From Schmidtea nova (taxonomy: Eukaryota): 64,000 nucleotides of DNA. The stretch spans positions 256,866,001-256,930,000 of the forward strand of contig CM097883.1 of NCBI GenBank assembly GCA_044892505.1, given 5' to 3'. The position numbers and the translations under genes were made by a program. Of the stretch, positions 48,337 through 57,133 are shown piece after piece. Position 1 is the stretch's first letter. The number at the start of each line of letters is the position of its first letter. The notes under the pieces were generated by a model that was given only the letters and a program-made list of their open reading frames with translations, ran no database searches and was not told where the DNA came from.

Positions 48337-50685
48337 AGGATAAATATGCTCAGAGCAAACACAAGCGAAGACGACAAAGCGGAAATAAGGCAAAAAGAAA
48401 TCAGAAATAAAGAGATCATATTGAAGGCGAGAGAAATAATGGGAAGATGGCATGTTAAAGACGAAGTAGGCATATCAAGGGATATTAGACATATAATTAG
48501 CCGTTACGCACAAGGATTACCAACCGAACCAATTATTTCTGAATTATTGGAAAAAATCCCTGAAATACTCTTATTGAAGGATGTAGGAGGACAACCAGCC
48601 TTACACAATGCGATAGAGTGTAAAAACATTGAAAGAGCAAAAGAATTCCTAAAAATCGCAAAAGAAACAAACCAAAACTTGGACGTAGGGAATCGGGAAC
48701 AAGAAACTCCATTAATGACAGCCGCAATCCACCAAGCAGATAAAGAAATGATAGATCTATTGATAAAAGCTCACTTCAGTTGGACAGAACGAGATAGAGA
48801 AGACAAAACAGTGCTAAATCACGTAATATGGAGTTCTCACCAACCAATGCTGAAATACATAATAGCTAACTCCACTTGGGAGATAGACGAACTAGTTAAA
48901 GGAGACATTATCAAAGAGGCAATCAAAATTGGTAAATGCAACACGATCCGTAAGTTAATCAAATGGAAACGACCAGAAGATGATACATGGGTCTTAGACA
49001 TAAACGAAGTATACAGCGAAGGACAAAACGCACTGTTAAGATATCTTCTGAAATTTACTTGTGATCAGAAGACATTACTAACCTTATTAGACAGGGGAAA
49101 CATAAACATCACAAAGAATGAAGAAGAACACAAATTCGATAAAGAGAAGGAAGCCTTATTCAACAAGATTAGGAAATGGTGTGCGAAACCACTTGATAAA
49201 CTAATAACATACAAAGACATAAACAATTTTAACGATAAATACCAGACGATAGTAAGTGAGTATGAGGAATTAGTAAAAATCTTAAACCATCCCGAAAAAT
49301 GCAAACAGGTTTTAGAGAAAAAAGAAAGAGAAAGTAACAAGAAACTCACACCACTCTTTAAAGCAGAAGCACCATACCAAGCTAGACTAGATGCGATACA
49401 AGAAAAAGCAAAAGAATTGTTACCGGAATTCGAGAATAGTAAACATGCACTGGAAATACTCGGTGCATTAGTTGAAAAAGTACACGCATACGCAAAAGGA
49501 ACATACAATGGTAACGACATAGTAATAATAAAAAAGGAGATGCCAGTAACATTCCTATTACCAAAAGACGGAATAATGCCCATACATAGAGCTCTACGAA
49601 ATGGCAAAGATAGAAAAGTAATGGAAATTGCAAGAGTAATGCTAAACTGCGGAAGCAACATGAATATGGTAGACGAGAAAGGAGATACACTTATGGTATT
49701 TGCAGCAAGGGCTAAAACAAAAACAAAGGTGTTGGAAGAACTATACAAAGCAGGTGCAGGACTTACAGGAAAGACAGATAAAGATAATTCAATTTTGGAT
49801 GTAGCATTACTAACACATAATTGGGAAATGGTCAACTTCATTAAAACAATCTCAAATCAGGAAGAAATAGAATATCTAACTAAAACAATTAAGAAACCCA
49901 GTTTACTGACAATGATGCACAATGCCGAACTAACAGAATCAATACTTACGTGGATAAATCCGAATACTAACAAACCAGCATTCAGGATTAATGAGTTTAC
50001 AGAACATAACCAGAACTGGTGCATAAGAAGTGCCTTAATAACGTATAAATGGCCAGAGATATTGAAGATGTTTATGGAAAGAAAGGATCTAAGAATCACA
50101 ACCAGCCCGAAAGAAGAAAAATACACAGGCAAATGGAAAGAATTGATGAAGACATACATCAACAATTGGATCAAGGCCAAAAAGGAAATCTTAGAATATA
50201 AATCCACTAACAAAGTAATACCGGAGCAGGTAGAAACACAAGAATTTGAGGCAAGTAACCTAACGACATTAGCATATGCAAAATTGATAGAAGAAATCAA
50301 TGTCGAGGACGACATTTTCACCGAGCCAGGGGGAGATGACAACACAGATAGTGACGACGGTAACAACTCAGAAAATTCAAGCGATCACGAACCACCCGAT
50401 AAAGAGGAAAACGAGAGAAAAAACAAGAAACAAGACAAGGAAGAAAAGAAAAGGGAAGACGAAAAACAAAGAGATGAAGAGGGAGGACAAGGAAAAAACG
50501 ACCAAGGAGATAAAAATGACACCCAAAGAACAGGTTATAAATCAACCATAAAACCATTCTTCAAACCAGAATTACTATTACTAACAATGATTATAACGTT
50601 AATTAATCCAAGTCAGGGAATGACATGTGAAGAAAGGGCAATAATACAAATAAAAAACGCAAATGTTGCTATCAGAGAGTTATAA
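48337..50685 (+). CDS. C-terminal extension of the polyprotein after integrase: two clusters of three ankyrin repeats, an acidic/charged tail and a terminal hydrophobic segment
   Basis: In frame with IN (ORF 47170-50685). GQPALHNAI, QETPLMTAA and DKTVLNHVI at 48577-48864. GIMPIHRAL, GDTLMVFAA and DNSILDVAL at 49567-49845. Confidence 0.85.
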   Translation, partial: RINMLRANTSEDDKAEIRQKEIRNKEIILKAREIMGRWHVKDEVGISRDIRHIISRYAQGLPTEPIISELLEKIPEILLLKDVGGQPALHNAIECKNIERAKEFLKIAKETNQNLDVGNREQETPLMTAAIHQADKEMIDLLIKAHFSWTERDREDKTVLNHVIWSSHQPMLKYIIANSTWEIDELVKGDIIKEAIKIGKCNTIRKLIKWKRPEDDTWVLDINEVYSEGQNALLRYLLKFTCDQKTLLTLLDRGNINITKNEEEHKFDKEKEALFNKIRKWCAKPLDKLITYKDINNFNDKYQTIVSEYEELVKILNHPEKCKQVLEKKERESNKKLTPLFKAEAPYQARLDAIQEKAKELLPEFENSKHALEILGALVEKVHAYAKGTYNGNDIVIIKKEMPVTFLLPKDGIMPIHRALRNGKDRKVMEIARVMLNCGSNMNMVDEKGDTLMVFAARAKTKTKVLEELYKAGAGLTGKTDKDNSILDVALLTHNWEMVNFIKTISNQEEIEYLTKTIKKPSLLTMMHNAELTESILTWINPNTNKPAFRINEFTEHNQNWCIRSALITYKWPEILKMFMERKDLRITTSPKEEKYTGKWKELMKTYINNWIKAKKEILEYKSTNKVIPEQVETQEFEASNLTTLAYAKLIEEINVEDDIFTEPGGDDNTDSDDGNNSENSSDHEPPDKEENERKNKKQDKEEKKREDEKQRDEEGGQGKNDQGDKNDTQRTGYKSTIKPFFKPELLLLTMIITLINPSQGMTCEERAIIQIKNANVAIREL

Positions 50686-50997
50686 CAATTGTTTCGAACA
50701 ATTACACAGAATAGAGGAACAACAAAGAACGATAACTGAACTCACCAGAGAAAATCAAAATATAAGCAATATCAGTCAAAGACAAGCAATAGAAATAAAC
50801 CATTTAACACGAGGAGAAGGAGAAGAATCCGAAGAAGGATGGATGGGTTGGGTAATAAATAGGATAAACAACGAAGCGGAACCAGATTCAACGAATGAGC
50901 CATAGATAAATAAAGCGGAAAACTGTAAATATGTAAAAATAAAAACAAGAAAAATCAAAAATAAATGACAAGTCGAATGTATATATTATTGTAGAAA

Positions 50998-52374
50998 ATG
51001 GACAGAGAAGAACGAATAATCGAAATTTTGAGATTAGAAAACAGAAAATGGAGCAAGAGGCTCACATGCGGGAAATGTAACAATTTACTACGAGAACCCA
51101 GACAAACGATATGTGGATGTAGAATATGTACAAAATGTATACAAGAATTAGATGCAACAGGAATAACAACATGCCCAGAATGTAAGGAAGGAAGAATAGT
51201 GTTGGACGAAACCAGAACGGACAAAGCAACCCAAAGAGAAATTATGAGCACCACAACGGAGTGCGTAAATACACCTTGTATATGGCAAGGACAAATAAGT
51301 AATCTGGAAAACCATATGGAAAAATGCGAGGAAAAGAGAGCCGAATGCGAGAAATGCCAACAGACAATAACTCTAAAGAAGAGAGAACAACACAAGGAAG
51401 AATGTAAAGAAGAAGAAATCGCATGCGAGTATTGTGAAACTCGAGAAACAAGGAGAAAAATCGAAGAGGAACACTTGAATATAACAGAGGAGAAAGTATG
51501 CAGACAATATGTAAGTAAATGTCCAAACAATTGCGAAATAACAGAAGAAGTAAAGTTACATGAACATTGGAAAGTATGTACCGAAAGACCAAGAGAATGT
51601 CCATATAACAAACAGGGATGCAAAGAAAAGCGGACGCGGCAATCAATGAAACAACACCTAGAAGAAGCAGCACTAACGCATGTGGAAATGACAAACGAAA
51701 CGACAAAAGAAACTGAACAGACAATCCAGAAATTAGGAAAAGAAGTAGAATCACATAAGATAATGATGAGGATACTACTAGAAACAAGAGAGCAGTTTGA
51801 ACTAACTCGCGAAAGAATGGAAAAGAAAATAATAGCCATAGAAGAATTAGGAAAAGGAATGAAGATACAATATAATCAATTAATACGAGAAATGGACGAA
51901 AGAAGGGACTTACCAATCGCACCTTACCTATGGAAAGTAACAGATTTCAGAGACAAACTAGCAGAAGCCAGAAATATGACGAAAACAGCAGTAATAAGCC
52001 CACCATTTTATTTATGGAAAAACGGGGTTGAAATAAGATTGAAAGTATACCCAAATGGAGACGGAAGAGGACAAGGAACACACGTGTCAATATTTTTCTC
52101 GCTATGTAAAGGAGAATACGATGACCTAATAGAATGGCCCTTGAAAGTAGGAGTCATTATAAGAATCAGGAGTGTGGGAAAACCAGTAGAAAAGTTCTTT
52201 GAAACAGACAAACATACGAGTACGAGCGAAAAACCAACAACAGAATGCGGACTAGCAGCAGGAGAACCAATGTTTATAAGGAAAGAAAACCTATGGGAGC
52301 GACTATATGCAGACACGCTATACATAGAGATGGAGAGGCATGAGAAAACAGACAGAAAAGGATGGTTGGCGTAA
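50998..52374 (+). CDS. Full-length intronless TRAF-like protein (RING, TRAF zinc fingers, coiled coil, MATH; 458 aa)
   Basis: RING CGKC..REPRQTICGCRICTKC..CPEC. TRAF zinc fingers CVNTPCIWQG..LENHMEKC and CPYNKQGC..R..MKQH. MATH YLWKVTDF..SPPFY..LKVYPNGDGRGQGTHVSIFFSLCKGEYDDLIEWP. The ORF is intact. Confidence 0.93.
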   Translation: MDREERIIEILRLENRKWSKRLTCGKCNNLLREPRQTICGCRICTKCIQELDATGITTCPECKEGRIVLDETRTDKATQREIMSTTTECVNTPCIWQGQISNLENHMEKCEEKRAECEKCQQTITLKKREQHKEECKEEEIACEYCETRETRRKIEEEHLNITEEKVCRQYVSKCPNNCEITEEVKLHEHWKVCTERPRECPYNKQGCKEKRTRQSMKQHLEEAALTHVEMTNETTKETEQTIQKLGKEVESHKIMMRILLETREQFELTRERMEKKIIAIEELGKGMKIQYNQLIREMDERRDLPIAPYLWKVTDFRDKLAEARNMTKTAVISPPFYLWKNGVEIRLKVYPNGDGRGQGTHVSIFFSLCKGEYDDLIEWPLKVGVIIRIRSVGKPVEKFFETDKHTSTSEKPTTECGLAAGEPMFIRKENLWERLYADTLYIEMERHEKTDRKGWLA

Positions 52375-52487
52375 TGAAGGAAGTAACCATGTAAATAAAA
52401 TGTATAGAAACAATATGAATTAACAAATAATCAAAAACAATAAAAATAAAAAATGATTAAATATTCTTTTTATCTGTAATTATAGAA

Positions 52488-53549
52488 ATGGGAAATATAG
52501 AAGTAACCTTACAAGAAGTAACAGTACATCAAGACGAAATGATCAGAAATCACATGGAACGGATTGGGATATGGATTCATGCCTATTATCGAAAACAGGA
52601 GGAATTGGAAAGACAAACCCAAGCACTAAGAGAAGCCGAGAAAACGAATCAAAGAAGTCGAGAAAAAATAGAAGAAGTCTACAAACTGCTAAGACAACAA
52701 AACGAATACTACAAAGAGATGATGAAAGAGCGACGAGAGGATAGGGATAGACAACAAATAAAAACAGACCATAAGATTCAGTCAATCACAGAACAAGCAA
52801 GATATTGGAAGAAAGAGGCAAAAGACTCTTACAAGGAAGCAAGGGAGATAATAGAACGAACAGCGTACAGCGATGATTGGAAACTGTTTAAAGAGATCGA
52901 TGAATTAAAAGAGGAATTAGGGCAAAAGATCAGTCAAGAAGCGTCAAATAAAGTATGGAGTAAGAAAAGACAACAATTTATCAGAGAACAAGCCAAGAAA
53001 ATAAAAGAATTAACTTATCAAGTACAAAGAATGGGAGAAGATTTAGCCAATCAAGAACAATTAAAAGGTATGCTGACCGGAATGTGGAATCACAAGGAAG
53101 AAAACATGAAAAGAGACATAAATGGATATCAAGGAGTGATCACCCAGAAGAAAATAGAATTAAAAAGAACTAAAGAAAGACTGGAAGAAACGAGGCAGAG
53201 TTATGTAGAGAACATAACAAATTTGACAAAAGAAAACGAAGAACTGAGAAAGAAGTTGGCAGAAAAACCAACACCAATAAAAGAAACAAGTATCACAGCA
53301 GCAGTGACCGAAATGATGGAGAAGGAAGAGAGAGAGAAAAAATTGGCAGAACTAGAAAAACAAATTGAAACCCTAACAGAACAGGCGAACTATCTGGAAT
53401 ACTTATTAGATGAAGAGATCCAGATATCCCACACATACCGAGAAGAAGTCGAAATGTGGAGGAGCACGGTAATATGGATGCCACTCCCCATAAATCAGGT
53501 GGAACCTCAAGACGAAGGTTTTCACGAACCCAACGAAACCCTTGTATAA
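52488..53549 (+). CDS. Coiled-coil protein of unknown function (353 aa)
   Basis: Long intact ATG-initiated ORF with continuous E/K/Q/R heptad character and the same purine-rich codon usage as the element. Confidence 0.75.
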   Translation: MGNIEVTLQEVTVHQDEMIRNHMERIGIWIHAYYRKQEELERQTQALREAEKTNQRSREKIEEVYKLLRQQNEYYKEMMKERREDRDRQQIKTDHKIQSITEQARYWKKEAKDSYKEAREIIERTAYSDDWKLFKEIDELKEELGQKISQEASNKVWSKKRQQFIREQAKKIKELTYQVQRMGEDLANQEQLKGMLTGMWNHKEENMKRDINGYQGVITQKKIELKRTKERLEETRQSYVENITNLTKENEELRKKLAEKPTPIKETSITAAVTEMMEKEEREKKLAELEKQIETLTEQANYLEYLLDEEIQISHTYREEVEMWRSTVIWMPLPINQVEPQDEGFHEPNETLV

Positions 53550-53624
53550 ATGTGCGGAAACCAAGTGTAAATAAATTATGTAAAATAAAAAGTGTCAAGC
53601 TGTATTGACCGATGTATAAAAGAG

Positions 53625-54203
53625 ATGAGAAAGCTCGCAATAGCAACACTCTTATGGTTAACAACCATTACCCTACAGAGAGAAGATCTACAACTAACCG
53701 AAACCCAATTACGAGTTCTACCCGACAAAACCTATCAAAAAGTAGATAGCCTAATCGAAGAAGTAATTAAAGAAATCAACGAATTCCGACAGGAATACCC
53801 CCACAATCAAGACCATCAAATCCAACAAATCTTCGGTAATCAACAACTGAAATTAAAAGAGACCCGAAAAATCCTGAGAGAAGGTAGAGAGCCCATAAAA
53901 AGCCTATCCCAAGCTGAAATAGAATATCAAGAAAAATGGATCATAGCAATCATCATAATCCTATCAGTCAGCACAACTATCATCGCAATCACAATCCTGC
54001 TTGCCTCGTATAGAATAAAAATCCTAAAACAAAAGCAGAAAATCTTCAACCAAACCTCTAGACGAGATAACCGAGCTCAAAGACGAATAAGGAGCCATCT
54101 CAACCACATTCAAACCCACTACGAGCTACAAATAATCAACGAGAGGACCCGAACTCAACCCCAAGCGAGCCAGACGATCGAGCAAATTGTAGAAACATTA
54201 TGA
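53625..54203 (+). CDS. Small type I membrane protein (signal-like N-terminus, helical ectodomain, TM, basic tail)
   Basis: First in-frame ATG at 53625 (MRKLAIATLLWLTTITL). Hydrophobic WIIAIIIILSVSTTIIAITILLASY is followed by RIKILKQKQK. Confidence 0.7.
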   Translation: MRKLAIATLLWLTTITLQREDLQLTETQLRVLPDKTYQKVDSLIEEVIKEINEFRQEYPHNQDHQIQQIFGNQQLKLKETRKILREGREPIKSLSQAEIEYQEKWIIAIIIILSVSTTIIAITILLASYRIKILKQKQKIFNQTSRRDNRAQRRIRSHLNHIQTHYELQIINERTRTQPQASQTIEQIVETL

Positions 54204-55875
54204 TAAACTTATCGAACTATTGTGACAAATCATTACATTTTTTGACTATTTATTGACAAACTTTATGATATGTATAAATTCGATCACCTTACGTGATTTT
54301 TCTTTGCATGTATAATTCTATAAAACTTTTTATGTATGATGAATATAAGTATTTATGTATAATTAATTGCGGGACGCAATTTTAGGGGTCCCCGGGTGAT
54401 GTTGGGCCCGCCAAATCACCTAAAAAACACAATAAAACGAACAAAAGCATGAAACAATAAGGAAATAATAAAAATAAAAATAGCAAGAAAAACAAATTAA
54501 AAATAACAATAAAACGACAAATAATAATTGATAAATTTTCAGTAAAAGGAAATTTTGAAAATAAACCGGTAAACAACCGCAAAAGGGGGCCTGAAATAAG
54601 AAAAAATAGAATTAAATAAAATAATAGTACAAATAATTAATTAATTACTTGGAAAATCAGGACCACCCAGCGAGAAACCGGAAAAGGAAACAAAATAATG
54701 TTTAGGTTAGAATAAAATAATAAAAATACTTTGATGGACGGCCTGATCCTGATAGGTCAATCCAACCAGACGGATCAGTATAAATACCGATCCAAAAATC
54801 ACAACAAAAAAAAACGTTTTACTTTTCACTTACAATCAAGACTAAACTTTGATTTAAGTAATATTTCATTGAACAAAACGAGATTTTTTGAAAAAACAGA
54901 ATTTCATACAAGGAACCACACATTCAAGTACGGAAGTAAATTTTTATTTTATTTTGTCTTATATGATGTACCCATGATTTTTATGCAATTAAAATTTTAT
55001 ATGTAAACGTTATTTTATTTTTTTTGATATTGACACTTTAATGCATATAGCTATACTTCCTATGCTGCTCACGCGGCGAGGGAGTCCGAGTCGTCGTTGT
55101 GGGACCTCACGGTCTCACATGGCGGTTCAACCTTTTTATTGTGTTGGTTTTAAATTTTAAATTTGGTAGTTTGAAACAATTAAATTAAACCATTCGAATT
55201 TAACCAGATATTTATCAGCGAGATTAAAGAATTTTGATGGTAGGCAAATTCCATGCTTATTTAGTCGAGTAAATTTTCAGTTACGAAATATCAATAATAC
55301 GACTAAGTCCAGACAGTTTTCTGGCGATAAGTAAAAAGTCATCATTTGGTTGTGCAGGGGACGTAGCGCAGCAGGCGGCAGAGAGGATCTAAGGAGATAC
55401 CAGGAGGGGTCAAGTACCCGATAGGCGTCAGGTACCCGAGACAAATGTGTCGACACACTAAGGTTAAATTTGAGTACGGGAGAGCAGGTGTAGCATGACA
55501 AGTTATAAAAATTTTCCAAGTGAATCGATCGAAATGGTGATTTTCAATTGAGGTCAAGGTACAGGATATCGCAACTGCATGACAGAGACTAGTAAAACTG
55601 AAAATTGGTAAATTCTAAAAATACTTTAAATTCCAATCTAAATAAAACAAAAAATCTGTAAATTCTAAAATTACTTTTATGCCGATCGCTGTACATAGCG
55701 CGGTAACTCAAATTAATCTTATCCTGATCGTCGTACATGGCGCAGGGAAAACAAATATCTTATCCGACCGTGGTATATCGCGGCGATGGTTTAATAACGA
55801 AATGGTATTAACTAAAAGGATTGAGATTAAATAGAATTTACATTCAACTCTTTATTAAATAAAATAAAATGACAG

Positions 55876-56352
55876 ATGCTGACATCGGTGAACGAAAGAT
55901 TAACGCGGATTCGGAACTCAGGAAAGGAGGACAGGGCGAATGGATGGGCAAATCGGCTCAAGGAGTTGCCCCAGCCAATTCTGCGGACCATTAACGCCCA
56001 AGCATACAAATGGAGACATGGGTTTGGCCGAAAATGCCCGTTCTCGATATGGACAGGGGGGAACGACCAAATACTCTATCGAGGAGGACCGAACTGGCCC
56101 ATTTCCCAAAGGCCGTACTCAAATAAGTTTGGCCGATTGATCGTATTGGTTAAGAACACTGAGGGACGAACAAGCCGTATAATTTATTGGGGGCATATCC
56201 CTCGACGAGAACTATGTCAACTAGGTCTACACGAATTTCTACCGCAAAAACCGTTCGGCAAGGAGTGCCAGAAAGGACAACCCTCATTCTCTTGGGCTCG
56301 TCTTCGTCGGAGGCCGATTAACAGCGAATTACATAGCTTGTTTCGGAGATAA
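55876..56352 (+). CDS. LTR-encoded ORF A, 3' LTR copy
   Basis: Identical to 32613-33089 except for one S>A change. Confidence 0.5.
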   Translation: MLTSVNERLTRIRNSGKEDRANGWANRLKELPQPILRTINAQAYKWRHGFGRKCPFSIWTGGNDQILYRGGPNWPISQRPYSNKFGRLIVLVKNTEGRTSRIIYWGHIPRRELCQLGLHEFLPQKPFGKECQKGQPSFSWARLRRRPINSELHSLFRR

Positions 56353-56536
56353 AAACTGATTGTCAAATGTATAAATTGTGTTCAAATATTAATATTCAGC
56401 GGTGTTTTTGTTTTGTTGTTTTGAGTTTTGGTTTTGTGTTTTAATGGTTCGTATTCGTAACCTAATAATCCTATAATCAGATTTTAATTTTTCACATAAT
56501 TTAATCATAAAGTGAATATCCTAAATAAATTATAGA

Positions 56537-57133
56537 ATGACCACCGATTTGATGCAGAGAGAATTGGAAAAGATGTGGCGGATCCGGAGAGCCCAGGACA
56601 AGGAATTGGGTCTCCTCAAGGCACAATTGATCAAAGCAGAGGCACAGATTGCATACTTGCGCAAAAGCTGGTTTGCTCCGGCCAGAATGAAGGAGCAAAT
56701 CAGTAAAACCGAGCGCGTCCAACAGACTGCAGCCGATTACCAAATGGAATGGGAGGCTACAAAGATAGAACTCCGAAAATGCCTCCATTCCGTAACTGCC
56801 TCATATATTGAGAAAGAGCTCAGAGAGCAAATCCGTCCGGTTACGTATCAAGCTTGGACATCAGAAAAGAAGACTGTGAATTCCATTGGTACGGATGTCG
56901 CCGATCTAATCGAAAGTCGGAATGAGACGGCTCCTGCAGCAAATTCAACCACCTCAACGACAACTGCGCACCAGAAACGCAAGCGCATTGGGCAGAAACG
57001 GCGAAGACAGAGGAAATTATTCGCTCAACGATTACAGAGTCAGGTAGATGGTCTACATCAGATGACCGAAGAAGAATTATTGACGGAGATTTTTCCTCCG
57101 GCTGGAGTTTTTACAGAACTAGTTAAAAATTAA
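56537..57133 (+). CDS. LTR-encoded ORF B, 3' LTR copy
   Basis: Identical to 33274-33870 except for one A>V change. Confidence 0.7.
   Translation: MTTDLMQRELEKMWRIRRAQDKELGLLKAQLIKAEAQIAYLRKSWFAPARMKEQISKTERVQQTAADYQMEWEATKIELRKCLHSVTASYIEKELREQIRPVTYQAWTSEKKTVNSIGTDVADLIESRNETAPAANSTTSTTTAHQKRKRIGQKRRRQRKLFAQRLQSQVDGLHQMTEEELLTEIFPPAGVFTELVKN

Noticed and set aside
36945-52325. Long minus-strand ORFs (e.g. 36945-37544, 40662-41888, 49065-49841, 50955-51839)
   Set aside because: They are Ser/Phe/Leu-rich shadows of the purine-rich plus-strand ORFs and have no independent motifs.
54384-54398. Similarity of AGGGGTCCCCGGGT to the tRNA-Pro internal sequence (bipartite PBS idea)
   Set aside because: It is in the same sense as the tRNA rather than complementary, and it is short.
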